The notes beneath the pieces were generated by a model. That model worked only from the letters and a program-made list of their open reading frames with translations, was not told where the DNA came from and did no database searches. A DNA stretch of 64,000 nucleotides from a virus (Duplodnaviria > Caudoviricetes). The stretch spans positions 146,315 to 210,314 of the IMG/VR virus record IMGVR_UViG_3300032038_000003; one strand, written 5' to 3'. Positions 27,539-39,200 of this stretch are shown one piece after another. Every line of letters starts with the position of its first letter. Position 1 is the first letter of the stretch. A program made the translations under genes and the position numbers.

Positions 27539-29553
27539 GCGTTATTAAATACCTCTTGTATAATATTTTGTTTGTCTGTTTCTGTAATATGTGGCAAATC
27601 CTGTTCATGTTCGTATACTGTATCGCAGTATTTTTTTAATACATCTCCCACTGAAGAGTCTAAAATATTAAGCGTAATAGTATTTCCAGTATAGAATCCA
27701 ATTGGAGTATAAAAGTTAGTAGTTAATTCATCATATGTACAGAATTTTCCAGGTTCTGTATCTGATAGATATAAAATACCAGAATCAGAACTGAAATTAT
27801 AATTTGTTTCTATTTGACCAAAAGTAAGTAATACAAATTCACTTGCATTAACTATTTTACTTACAATACCAATAACACCATATTGTTCCTCGTTTGCAAG
27901 TCCTTTTTTGTATAGACCATTATTATCTTGATATACTAAATCATATAAGTCAAAATTATGTTTATATTGAAAAATAGTATTTTCTTGTTTATAAACACCA
28001 GTAATATTATTTTGTATTTTATACAAATCAAATAATATATTTTCAAATATATTTTTATAAATATTAGTATTTACTCTATCTTGATTAGTAGATTCAGCAT
28101 AAATAGTTATATCTTGTGCTGGCATTTTAAATGTTGTATCTTTTAAAAATGCAGCATATATTTCTACTTGATCATCAGATTTCCAATTTTTAAATTTAGA
28201 TAATGAATCATTAAAATATCCTCTTGTATATTGTAAATTACCCTGTTCTTCAAAAAGATAGGTATATTTTAAGCTTGTACCACCTCGAACAATGAGATTA
28301 TAGCTATTTCGTTCGTAATAACAATTTAGAGTAATAATATAATTATCGCTGCTATATTCGATATTTGTAAAATACAAACCACGAATATTTTTAGGTATAA
28401 AATTTTCTGTATATAATAATTGTTCAGCTTCTTTAACAACAAATTTATTTGTAGTTAAACTTCTAACAAGATAATTTACTTTAATTATTGTATGCTCATT
28501 AAGTAATTCAGAAAAATTATCAATTGATAAAGTGCCATCGCCACCAGTACCACCGTTACTCTTTGATGTACCACCTTTTACTGAACTTACCAATTGTAAT
28601 TGTGTAATGATATTCTGACCAGTAAAAATATTGATTGATCCACCACCAGATCCACCACCACCTTTATTACCTCCACCACCTTGACTTCCATCGGCAGTGT
28701 ATAAACCGTTACCGTTAATAATACTTGAATAAATAATAAGTAATCCGCCAGTACCAGATTCTCCATCTAAATTTGTGCTCCATCCAGAAGCATATCTTCC
28801 ACGTCCACCAGGATTACCAGCACCACCACCAGCATTACGGTTATACCAACTAGAAGACCAACGTGCTCCATATCCGTCTGTACCAGCACCAGTTCCAGGA
28901 TTAGGTTTTGGTATAGTAAATGTACCAGGATGATTTAAGTCGCATCCACCAGAGCCTGCTCCACCAGAATAAGAAGATCCTTGACCTCCTCCTTCATGAA
29001 TCGTAGTTGACCAATGATCTCCATTACCATGTCCAGATGCACCGTTAGCTCCACCGCCAGTCTGTCTTCCAGTGCCATTATAACCAGACCCCCTAGCCAA
29101 TGGACCTTCCCATTTTGCAGTATCTGTTTGAGAATCAGCACCTAAAGCTCCATCTTTTGGAACTATTTGATATTGATCATTTATTTTACAAAGATATAAA
29201 TCATTTCCATTACCTTTTGCTCCACGAGCTTTCATGGAAATATTTCCATTATTGGATAATACATTACAATATATGATCATACCTTTACACCGATATGGTG
29301 GTGTAAAGATTACATCAGAATCAATAGTTATATGTCCGCCTATTATAAGTTGAGTTGCTGCATCTTCTGTATCGCACAAAGAAAAAATATTTTGAACTTC
29401 TTCATTAGAAGAAAAAGTAAATGAATCTGGTAACTTATATATATTAAAGCTTAATTGCTGTGTATGAATAGTATCAGTAACTGATATTTTTTCATCAGCA
29501 ACTAAACGATCTTTATAATATAAAATTAGATCATAAATAGTATCAAAAGTCAT
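27535..29553 (-). CDS. Glycine-rich tail fibre/adhesin protein
   Basis: Polyglycine tracts, GTGGLLIIY..GGSGGGSINIF; paralogue of 29554-30735; C-terminal shared domain. Confidence 0.65.
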   Translation of the reverse strand: MTFDTIYDLILYYKDRLVADEKISVTDTIHTQQLSFNIYKLPDSFTFSSNEEVQNIFSLCDTEDAATQLIIGGHITIDSDVIFTPPYRCKGMIIYCNVLSNNGNISMKARGAKGNGNDLYLCKINDQYQIVPKDGALGADSQTDTAKWEGPLARGSGYNGTGRQTGGGANGASGHGNGDHWSTTIHEGGGQGSSYSGGAGSGGCDLNHPGTFTIPKPNPGTGAGTDGYGARWSSSWYNRNAGGGAGNPGGRGRYASGWSTNLDGESGTGGLLIIYSSIINGNGLYTADGSQGGGGNKGGGGSGGGSINIFTGQNIITQLQLVSSVKGGTSKSNGGTGGDGTLSIDNFSELLNEHTIIKVNYLVRSLTTNKFVVKEAEQLLYTENFIPKNIRGLYFTNIEYSSDNYIITLNCYYERNSYNLIVRGGTSLKYTYLFEEQGNLQYTRGYFNDSLSKFKNWKSDDQVEIYAAFLKDTTFKMPAQDITIYAESTNQDRVNTNIYKNIFENILFDLYKIQNNITGVYKQENTIFQYKHNFDLYDLVYQDNNGLYKKGLANEEQYGVIGIVSKIVNASEFVLLTFGQIETNYNFSSDSGILYLSDTEPGKFCTYDELTTNFYTPIGFYTGNTITLNILDSSVGDVLKKYCDTVYEHEQDLPHITETDKQNIIQEVFNNA

Positions 29554-30735
29554 TTATTCACCTTCTATAAACATTAATAGTTTGGTCAGTTCTCCTACGG
29601 CTTGTTGTGTGCTATCTTTATAAATATCAGAATTTAATCTTTTATCGTTATATAAAAAGTAATGTGGAAAATATGATGATGGTATCATATCTACAGATAT
29701 TGTTCCATTACCACCATATCGTCCTCCTTGTCCTCCAATTGCATCGATAGAACCACGGATAAATTGTTTACTGTAAAAAATATTAACTGATCCACCGCCA
29801 GAACTACCAGCACCACCATGCCAAGAAGCAACTCCATTTGAACTGATAGAACCGTTATTCTGCAAATTAAGAGCAAATATTATCAATAATCCACCAGTTC
29901 CACTTGCTTGGTTATGGTCTGTACTTGCATTTAATTCTCTTGTAAAACGTCCATCAGTCCATCTTGTGTGTCTACCAGATGGGTTACCAACACCACCAGG
30001 ACAGCCATAATCAGAATAGGCATAATCCCAGTTTTGTGAGCCATGACCACCATGACCACCGTCATCAGTTCCGTTTGGGTCTAATATAGGCCCTCCATAT
30101 TCAGAACTATGTCTATTCCACTGACCAGCTCCAGTACCTCCAGAAAATGATGTACCATTACCACCACGACCAGTCCAAAACCAAATACTGCCCCAAGTCC
30201 AAGCTCCACCAGCTATTCCACCGCCACCGCCGCCAGTTTGTCTTCCTGTACCGTTATAACCATTACCACCCCATACCCAAGTACTAGGGTGTCCTGACCA
30301 TCCGCTAACAGAAGGAGCACCAGCAGCTCCTACTGCTGGCACATATTCGTTATTATATAGCCATATATTTTGTCCAGTTGCATGTGCTCCACGAGCAGTC
30401 ATAGATATAGTGCCATTATTTACAAGATCTTGAACGTCATATATAATTATTCCTTTGCATCTATGCGGAGGAGTAAATATTACATCATCTTCTATGGTTA
30501 AAGAACATGCCAAAACAATTTGTGTTGCACAATCATCCGTAGTACAAAGAGAAAAAATATTTTTCACGTCGTTACTATTATAAACCACAGTTTTAGGTGG
30601 TAATTTGTATAAATGCACATTTAAATTTATACCATTGATATTCAAAGTAATGGCTAAAGACGCATTGTTTTTTAGTTTAGTATAAAAATATTTACAAGCT
30701 TTTATTAAATCAGTAAAATGATCTTGATATTGCAT
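29554..30735 (-). CDS. Glycine-rich tail fibre/adhesin protein
   Basis: FTPPHRCKG..NGTISMTARGA..YNGTGRQTGGG..GTGGLLIIF. Confidence 0.65.
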   Translation of the reverse strand: MQYQDHFTDLIKACKYFYTKLKNNASLAITLNINGINLNVHLYKLPPKTVVYNSNDVKNIFSLCTTDDCATQIVLACSLTIEDDVIFTPPHRCKGIIIYDVQDLVNNGTISMTARGAHATGQNIWLYNNEYVPAVGAAGAPSVSGWSGHPSTWVWGGNGYNGTGRQTGGGGGGIAGGAWTWGSIWFWTGRGGNGTSFSGGTGAGQWNRHSSEYGGPILDPNGTDDGGHGGHGSQNWDYAYSDYGCPGGVGNPSGRHTRWTDGRFTRELNASTDHNQASGTGGLLIIFALNLQNNGSISSNGVASWHGGAGSSGGGSVNIFYSKQFIRGSIDAIGGQGGRYGGNGTISVDMIPSSYFPHYFLYNDKRLNSDIYKDSTQQAVGELTKLLMFIEGE

Positions 30736-30746
30736 ATAAAGTACTC

Positions 30747-32747
30747 CTAAAATGCTTTAATAAATAAGTTTAAGCCATTTGGCACATTACTTGAATCATA
30801 TAAATCTTTAGTATTAATAAAGTTAAGAATATTATTAGCTTCATCTATTATTAAGTATTCTTCTTTAAAATAATCATCAACTTTATCTAATAATTTGCTT
30901 ACAAGAGAAAGTTTATAATCTACATTTTCTACTATCTTTATAAATCCATCAGAACGGATATTATAATCATTTGCAGAGGCTTTAAAGTCACCAATTTGAG
31001 CTTCTTGATTATATTGAATACCTCTTTCAATACTGATTATTAAACCAATATCAGCTATAGGATATCCAACTGCTTTTGATATATCTGGTTGTTCCTGTGT
31101 TACTTTTCCTGGATTAGTATCTGAAATATATAATGGCATACCTTGAATATAACCATTACTTGTATTAAATAAATCAGTTTCTACAAATCCAGAACAAACA
31201 TATTCGAATTTGTTATCATCATATATATAACTAACCATACCAACAATGTTAATATCAAAGCTGTCTATAGCAGTCGCTTTTTGATATAAATTAGTTCTGT
31301 TATCGTAGTATATAAAATCGCCAACTATAAATCCATGGTCAGTTTGAGTAACATCTATAAAGCTATGAGATTTATGCACATAATATTCACCAGTTGCTGG
31401 CTGTTCAAGGCCATTTAATCTTTTGTCTGCAATACTCATTGCAGTAGCTTTAACGAAATAACCATTTTCATGCTGTGTTAACGCATTATTTTCATCTGGA
31501 GAAATTATAAATTCTTTAACAAATAATCCGTTTTCATTTATTTCAATGGCATTATGTGGTTCATCTTGTACTTTTACGTTAGCAAATATTTTTTTTGCTG
31601 AATGTTGATCTTTTGAACAAAAGAATACTTTTCCAAAAGATGATGCAGCTTGCGATATATTTGAATAACCATATCTTACTTTTCCATTAAAGAAATGACC
31701 CCAAGAATAGTCATTTAAGTCTATACTAAGAGTATGCTCAAACGGTAAAAGTTCTGCTTCTTCTATACTGGTAACTGTGTTGTCATAATCCCATGCAGTT
31801 GCAGAAGCACTAACAAGATTTTTGTCTTTTGTAATGAATAGCGTAATACTTTTACCAGACCACCCACTATTTGAATTGGTAAGTGCATAGTTAGCTATTA
31901 ATGTCTGATTTGGCAGATAAAAATTATAATATAAAGCAAATCTGAAGCTGCCAAAGTCGTTACCTCTTTGTATTACTACAGATAATGTATGTGGATAACC
32001 ATATTCATCAAATGCAAAACCAATAATAACACCGTTAGCATCACTATCTGAATCTGTTGAGTATAGTCTTACTGTATGTTTGTAGTAATCATAAAAGTTT
32101 TGAGTAACAAAACCATTATATGTAACGGTATTTTTTGGTTGTACGAACGACTCTAAAACGTCATCCCAATACCAAGCATTTGCTTCTGTTGCATTGTACA
32201 TGTTATTATTAGTTCCGTTATGGCTGAAACGAATACCATCTGCAAACAACTCAGCAAGGGATTCGCCTTGAGAGATAGAATCCCATGTAATAGTGTCGGT
32301 ATCTTTTGTAACTAATTTGGGAACATAAAGACCATCTGATGTACAGACAAGAGAGTTTGTTCCATCTGGATCATCATAAATGATGACATCAGCTTTTAAA
32401 CTATTGGTTATTTGATTGTAAGTTAAATCTATAGATTCAGTATCAATGATTTTATCTATAACATTTAAATCATCGATACGTGCATTAATTGTATTGCCAA
32501 GAACAGTAACTTTTGTATCTGTATATTGCTTGAGATCATTACGAACAGCAATATCGTTTTCATTAATAAGATTAGTAATATTGATTAAGTTAATCTCTAT
32601 TGTATTTAAAACTTCTTGAAGTCCTGTAATGGCATAAATAGGGTGCTGATCCACCCAATCACGATGAAGTAAATCATCATGATTATGGGTGCCAGTATAA
32701 TCCATTTCATCTACTTCAAAGTTGTGAATAACAAGTCTGACTCCCAT
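30747..32747 (-). CDS. Tail fibre protein with a central lectin-like beta domain
   Basis: HDDLLHRDWVDQHPIYAITGL N-terminal fibre motif; STDSDSDANGVIIGF beta domain; C-terminal shared domain. Confidence 0.6.
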   Translation of the reverse strand: MGVRLVIHNFEVDEMDYTGTHNHDDLLHRDWVDQHPIYAITGLQEVLNTIEINLINITNLINENDIAVRNDLKQYTDTKVTVLGNTINARIDDLNVIDKIIDTESIDLTYNQITNSLKADVIIYDDPDGTNSLVCTSDGLYVPKLVTKDTDTITWDSISQGESLAELFADGIRFSHNGTNNNMYNATEANAWYWDDVLESFVQPKNTVTYNGFVTQNFYDYYKHTVRLYSTDSDSDANGVIIGFAFDEYGYPHTLSVVIQRGNDFGSFRFALYYNFYLPNQTLIANYALTNSNSGWSGKSITLFITKDKNLVSASATAWDYDNTVTSIEEAELLPFEHTLSIDLNDYSWGHFFNGKVRYGYSNISQAASSFGKVFFCSKDQHSAKKIFANVKVQDEPHNAIEINENGLFVKEFIISPDENNALTQHENGYFVKATAMSIADKRLNGLEQPATGEYYVHKSHSFIDVTQTDHGFIVGDFIYYDNRTNLYQKATAIDSFDINIVGMVSYIYDDNKFEYVCSGFVETDLFNTSNGYIQGMPLYISDTNPGKVTQEQPDISKAVGYPIADIGLIISIERGIQYNQEAQIGDFKASANDYNIRSDGFIKIVENVDYKLSLVSKLLDKVDDYFKEEYLIIDEANNILNFINTKDLYDSSNVPNGLNLFIKAF

Positions 32748-32765
32748 ATATCTTTACCTTTCGTT

Positions 32766-34115
32766 TTATTCTATTATAAGTTTAAATCTATACTTATTCG
32801 CTACAGAATAAAATTCTTGCTTAGGAACATCAGACAATTTCATTACTAACTCTACACCAGTATGTGCCTCCAGTTTCGGAATCATAAGTGATTGTTTATA
32901 TGTATATGGTGGTACAGATTGATATTCCATATTCTCTTTATAGAAATCAAGCTGCACAACTTCTTCACCATTATAATATTCCGAAAATGCAGTAATTGAG
33001 ACTGTAATATTAGCAAGGTCTATATCTTCGTTATTATAAATAACGATATTTTTTCTGAATGTATCAGTAAATAATGTTCCTAAATCATATGGTTCTCCGT
33101 TTGGTACGATTTCGTTATCAATACGCAATTGAATATCATAGCTAATTGTAAAGATATCACCACCAAAAGTAAGATTATCCATATCAAATTGAGCCACTGT
33201 ATCATTATAATGACCCTTTGTATATATTCTAATCCAGGCATCTGTTAATGGTAATACCATATGGGTAGTGTCTATTTGAACACGATTGCCATGATGACTA
33301 ACCATTAACTGTCCGTGAAGAGTATCATCTGAACGTAAAATAGTTTTATTTAAACGTCTATCAAAGATTTCAAACTCCTGTAAAATATTTATACCGTTGA
33401 TAGTAATGTATCTGTTTTTGTATAAAGCAAATTCATGAACGATAAATTTACCTCTTTGAAGAGTTCGTGCATCTTTAGTGCCGTACAAAAAGAATCCTAT
33501 GCTATTACGTCTTATTGTATCAAAGTTTCCTACTTCGATCCAGTTAAATCCATCCGAACTAGCAAAGAACTGATATGTATATCCTATAGCATTATTATAT
33601 TTGATGACTTTAAGTATTTTATAGATAGTATCTACAAATCCAGTAGAAGTGTTTACAATTGTCTCTTCATCGGAAGAAGACGAACCCCCTTCATGAGATT
33701 CGTCTTCTTCGTCATCAAATCTATAACTTACATAGTGAGCACCTAAGTCATAGCCAGCATTTACATTCTCTCCATTATTTCCAATGGTTGATGGCGAAGT
33801 TGCTAGATATGTTTGAAATTCAGCATAATTATTAGTATCTGACATCACTATCAGTCCAGCAATATCTTCTTCTGTTATTGGCGTATGATCAAGATGCATG
33901 ATTAAGCAATAACATTCTTTTCCTTGACCACTTCCTCTAGCTTCTGGTTCTTGAAGCATATATGTTACATATTGATTCGTATGTAATATTCTTAATCCAT
34001 CTTCACCATATCTTAAACAGTCTGTTTCGGAAGGAGTTAATGACCAAATCAAAGGATTCTCATGGAAGTATTCGTTGTATAAAATTCCTTCTTCTTCTTT
34101 GATTAGTGTCGCCAT
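32766..34115 (-). CDS. Virion protein with a concanavalin/lectin-like beta sandwich
   Basis: AGLIVMSDTNNY..YQFFASSDGFNWIEVG pattern resembling GH43 C-terminal-like domains. Confidence 0.45.
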   Translation of the reverse strand: MATLIKEEEGILYNEYFHENPLIWSLTPSETDCLRYGEDGLRILHTNQYVTYMLQEPEARGSGQGKECYCLIMHLDHTPITEEDIAGLIVMSDTNNYAEFQTYLATSPSTIGNNGENVNAGYDLGAHYVSYRFDDEEDESHEGGSSSSDEETIVNTSTGFVDTIYKILKVIKYNNAIGYTYQFFASSDGFNWIEVGNFDTIRRNSIGFFLYGTKDARTLQRGKFIVHEFALYKNRYITINGINILQEFEIFDRRLNKTILRSDDTLHGQLMVSHHGNRVQIDTTHMVLPLTDAWIRIYTKGHYNDTVAQFDMDNLTFGGDIFTISYDIQLRIDNEIVPNGEPYDLGTLFTDTFRKNIVIYNNEDIDLANITVSITAFSEYYNGEEVVQLDFYKENMEYQSVPPYTYKQSLMIPKLEAHTGVELVMKLSDVPKQEFYSVANKYRFKLIIE

Positions 34116-34124
34116 AATTTCTCC

Positions 34125-34682
34125 TTATACAATGTCGATATATTGTGTTAAGTCTACTTCTTTACCTACCAGGATATTCTCTTTTCCAAATAAATCTACT
34201 AACATTTCTGCTTTTGACATTGCCGCTCTTAAAGAATGATATGTAGAGTGGAAAAACCATGGTTTGATATTAACACGCTTCATCTTATCAAAGTAAAGTT
34301 GTGTCTTTTGAGCATAGTCACTACTGGTATCGTTAACACCCTTTTGGTCTTTATAATTAAAATATCCAATACCATCGTAAACAAAAAGCATATCGTATTT
34401 TGGATTATTTACTCTTGTAGATTCAAGAATATACTTTTCATAGTCTCCAGTAGTTTCAGCAGTATCAGTAGTTTCGTTTGAGATACGTATAATCTCAACG
34501 GTTTCCTGATCTTTAGCTACTAATGTAGGGTCGAGATCTGTAATATCAATGTATTTATCATCAAGAGATTTTCCTTTATAGGTTGTCTCTAAGGCAGAAT
34601 ACCATTTACATTGACTAGTATTACTAACGGCTTTACCAATTGCATCGTTATAGTAATGCATGAAAACTGTATATGTAGTCAT
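34125..34682 (-). CDS. Virion protein, short paralogue of 34696-36237
   Basis: Shared N-terminus and PW..HS..SL..A..LV..G..N C-terminus. Confidence 0.5.
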   Translation of the reverse strand: MTTYTVFMHYYNDAIGKAVSNTSQCKWYSALETTYKGKSLDDKYIDITDLDPTLVAKDQETVEIIRISNETTDTAETTGDYEKYILESTRVNNPKYDMLFVYDGIGYFNYKDQKGVNDTSSDYAQKTQLYFDKMKRVNIKPWFFHSTYHSLRAAMSKAEMLVDLFGKENILVGKEVDLTQYIDIV

Positions 34683-34695
34683 GTGATTTTCCTCC

Positions 34696-36237
34696 TTATT
34701 TTATTTTAACAAACTGATCAAATGGTACAGTCTTAATAAGCTTAACATTATCAATACCAATCATTGATACTAATGTTCTTGCTTTTTCAAGACCAGACTC
34801 TAACGAATTATGTACAGAATGTAAGATCCATGGTGATAAAGGAATCTTTTTATAATTATCCTTAATCAGATAAGGAGTCTTACCACTTGGTTCATAATGT
34901 GCTGGAATTGGATATCTGGTAATATTAGATTGGACAACAGTAAGAGAAGCAATAAAATTGCCCATATTTGCAGCTTCGAGATCAGATATTTTCCATCCCT
35001 TATACCATAATAAATGAGGGTGTGTAGATTGGCTCATACATTGATTACGGTTATCTGTTTCTGTATATCCTTTAGCATCAGTGGAAGTATTTCCAGCACT
35101 TCTATTATTTAAAGATGCCGTATATTGAGCAAATGCATCATATACATCATCGCCAACTGTTGAACTTTGTGCTGAAGGTAAAATGGTACTTGCATCGGCT
35201 AATGTAGTACCGTCTTCAGATGCAAATGTAATTTCTTTAGGAATAACAGTACCACAATTGAAGAATAATGTTCCGAACGTTACTCTTTTACCACCAGAAC
35301 CAGCTGTCGTTAACATACTTTCATGCACAGTACCATCGAAAGCACAGTCATAATAACGAGCTTGTATTTCTCCCCATTCATTAGTATCTCTTCTTGTTTG
35401 ACTAAACTTAATATTAGACCAATATTCAACAGCTTCTGTAATAAGATAATCATCACCATCAAGGTTAACAATTCTGTATCCGTTAGGACTAAGTAATGTA
35501 TTAATTGTCTGTTTCGTAACTGGATCTAACTCTGCTGGAGTCTCGCCATATCTTGGAACATAACTATCATCTTGTGGATTGTACCAGTCAAAGATTAAGT
35601 TATTAGCGAATTTTTCTCCAGATAATACTATCTGTCCTTTTTTGGAGTTAAATTCAGAATACTTAGTCTTATCCTTATAAGCCTCTATATATTCTGATTT
35701 ACATACGAGAAAAGCTCCGTCAATACCTGGTTTTGAGCCACCAAGCATTACGAAGTGTTTAGAGTAATCATCTGGACCAGTTGGCATCTGTCTTGCTGGT
35801 ATACCAGCTACATTTGCTACTTTATATCCTATTGATTCTGGAACAAAGGTTTTATGATATTCTTTAGTAGTACCAGAATATACGTAGAAGTTATTAGACT
35901 TATTAGCGTTAGCCATTTCATTAAGAATAATAGCTTCTCTTTCAGATTCTGCTTCGCCAGTAATTGATGCTACATAATCAGTGCCAGCAGTACCAGTGTA
36001 AATTGCACCAGTTGCAGCATCTGGATCGCTCTTATTATCAAACCAAAACTGAAGATCCATTTTGTTTTTGGAATTTTTACTATCCCAACCAAAGTTTTTC
36101 AGCTGTGTTGTAGTAAAATACAACTTATGATCTGGTGTGTAAAATTCTTTAGTTTCGGTATAATCGTATTCGTCAGTAATAGCAGTATTAGTAGTTTCGT
36201 TAACATATCTGTATAGTAACTGATATTGTGTCTGCAT
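34696..36237 (-). CDS. Virion protein (hypothetical)
   Basis: 513-aa ORF with AGGAGG RBS in the late region. Confidence 0.5.
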   Translation of the reverse strand: MQTQYQLLYRYVNETTNTAITDEYDYTETKEFYTPDHKLYFTTTQLKNFGWDSKNSKNKMDLQFWFDNKSDPDAATGAIYTGTAGTDYVASITGEAESEREAIILNEMANANKSNNFYVYSGTTKEYHKTFVPESIGYKVANVAGIPARQMPTGPDDYSKHFVMLGGSKPGIDGAFLVCKSEYIEAYKDKTKYSEFNSKKGQIVLSGEKFANNLIFDWYNPQDDSYVPRYGETPAELDPVTKQTINTLLSPNGYRIVNLDGDDYLITEAVEYWSNIKFSQTRRDTNEWGEIQARYYDCAFDGTVHESMLTTAGSGGKRVTFGTLFFNCGTVIPKEITFASEDGTTLADASTILPSAQSSTVGDDVYDAFAQYTASLNNRSAGNTSTDAKGYTETDNRNQCMSQSTHPHLLWYKGWKISDLEAANMGNFIASLTVVQSNITRYPIPAHYEPSGKTPYLIKDNYKKIPLSPWILHSVHNSLESGLEKARTLVSMIGIDNVKLIKTVPFDQFVKIK

Positions 36238-36250
36238 ATCTTTGACCTCC

Positions 36251-39200
36251 TTATGTTCTTTTAATTGTCAGACGCTTACCCTTATCTTTATCTTGCCAGT
36301 GCAAATCCCAGTAAGTTAATAATGTTTCATACACTTCACTAAGATGTACATTGCCTCGTACTAACTGACGCATGATTTCTTCGTTGTCATTATAAAGATT
36401 CATGTAAGCAATGACCTTTTGTGAAACATGATTAAGTACCTTGTTTCCTTGAATTTTCGGGTTAAAATTTATTTCAAGATTACCATTAGAACCCATTCCT
36501 ACAATAACAATATTTCCTATAAAGAAGTCGTTATCGTGGTTGTCCGCACCTAGCTTCTTAATGGTAAAAATATTAGTATCTCCTGTATATGGGATATTAT
36601 AAACCATTTTTCCCGTTGTTGGAAGAGTAATGGTATCCAGTATAGTTTCATTAGGTAATCCCTCATTTAATATTATATATACTGGAGTCAATGTATGCAA
36701 ACTAAAACTTATTGTAGTATCTCTGTTATTGTCAATATAGAATGTGATATGAGCCTCATGTCCTAGTGTGTTTGGATTATTAGTAATAATATGACGATTC
36801 GTATCAATGTACATTGTGTTATTAGGTATCGAATCATCTGGAGGCATTAAATCACTTGGAATCGCTAAATTAGTGTTATCAAGTTTGCCAGATGTTAAAT
36901 CGTCTGGCTCATAAGTAATATAATATTCAGAACATTCTATAATACCACGTTCAAGATACCATCTGACTTGTCTAAATACCCTTAAAGCTTCTGGTATATC
37001 TTCTTCAGCAAAAGACATTAAAATCCATACATATAAATAATCAAGTATTGTCTTTGCAGATTGTGGAATAGTCATTCTTGAAAATTCAAAAATATGGTCT
37101 TGCCATAATTTATAATATCCAATAAAGACTTTTCTCATAATACTTGTACGTACATCCAGGTATTCTACTGCTATATTTTTATAGGCATTTTCTCCATTCT
37201 CGTCTTTAATAGGATAATGATTAGGATATTTTGCTATAAATGTATAATCGTCAATAATTTGTACTGGATTACGTGGTTTTAATGTTTTACGGTTAAATAA
37301 TATATCTTCAAAATCTTCATATCGAGAATCATTTTCTGGAAGTAACAATTCATCAATTTTAAATGGATCGTCAAAGCCTTCATCCTCTTGATATACCCAT
37401 GCCCAATCTATTTCGTCATTTGTAAGGACATCAAGATCTTTAGCGATTTTATGAATTTCATCCAAAGATGGTAATGTATTTACAATAATATCTTTGGATA
37501 AAAAATACTGGTCATAAAATGCAGCTGGAAAGTTATTAGTACGTACAACGCTTAATGCCTCATACATTTTCATATGTTTATCAATAGTATGTTTATCAAT
37601 AGTAGCAAATTCTTGATCAAATTCATCTACAAGATTCTGTTTAAAAGTCCATATACCAGTATCATCTGCATATGTCTCTTGTAAATTTCTAAAAGTAGTA
37701 ATGTCTTGATGCATAAAAGCATATCTCATTGTTGTAATCCATTCTTGAGAAAAGGCATCAAGAGCTGAACTATCACGAGTTACATATACATTACTACTAA
37801 TAAATGCTTGAAGATACTTATTTAAAAATAAATTGTTTTCATAGCATATTTGTTTAGTATTACGATATACGGATATATTACTTTCTTGTAAAATCTGATA
37901 ACGCATTTTATTGATAAACAATGTTTCATTAACAAGTGTACCACTTGGTAATTTATCAATGAAAATGTCGTTATTAAAAAATGACGTTTGAATACGTTTC
38001 TTAATAACCATGGTATTAAGTAACGAAATAAAGTCAGCGTTATGCATTAATTTATCACAGATTAGATTTTCCTGTATAAACGTACTTTTTATAAGTTTAT
38101 TCAATAAAGAATCGGTATTAAATACTTCTGTTTCTTTAGCGTGTTTCATAATTCGATCTATGATTTCCGAAGTAAACATTGGTTTGTTTACTTTGTTAAT
38201 ACTAATCACAGACTGTTGATTGTCAACGTTAAAATATTCTTTAAAAATATCAGAAACGTAGTCGGTATTTAATGATGTTTCTTTATATTCTTTATACAAG
38301 AATCCAGCCGTATTATCTAAGAAAAGATTTTTATAGTATTTGTTGCTGAAGATAAGATCAAATGTACCTTGTAAAAAATGGTTAATCTTATCCAGTTCAA
38401 ACATAGTTAATTTATGATTAGTAAGTTTAGATTGTTTATTAATGCTGGTATGAGTATTTGTAATGTATATTCCTTTACTGATTTTTGTAAAAAAGTCTTT
38501 ATTTTGATTTAAATACATTTTATTCGACTTTTTTTCAAAAAAATTCGTATTTAAAACGATTTGAAATGCTTTTTTAGACTTTTGAACTGAATTTATTCCA
38601 TTATATATTTTAATCCAATGGTATCCTTTATCAGCAAAATCTTGCTTAAAAAGAGTATAAATATGTTTTTTGCTCATGTTTGCAAACATATTATTCTCGT
38701 CTATAAACATAAATCTATATACATCTTTAAAAAAGTTAAAGCCTGTATGTAAGGACAAATCTTTATAAGAAAGTGTAAAACTTTCTATTTCAGACATATA
38801 CATATTTGCATTATATTTCATTGCAAATTCTATATTGATAGTATCAAATAAGAGTTTTGCAGATGACGTACTGAACGAGTCTGTATTATTAAGATATAAA
38901 TATTTTATGTCTTTAGTAAATGGTATAATATCATATACTGATAATGAAGTATGAACATTTTTATTAACAGCTTCGTATAGGTCTTGCACGTTAAGAGTTT
39001 TATTAGAATTTTGTACAAAGCTTGAGTACTGATCAGTATATAATGTTTTGTTATCTTTATTAAAAGCTTCTATCTGATTAGCAATTAATCCTTTACCATT
39101 CATAGAGAATGCGGCATACGTATTAAAGTAATTTAGATATGTTAATGCATTCTTATTAAAGGCACTGATATTATTAATATACAGTGTCTTAATAGGGATT

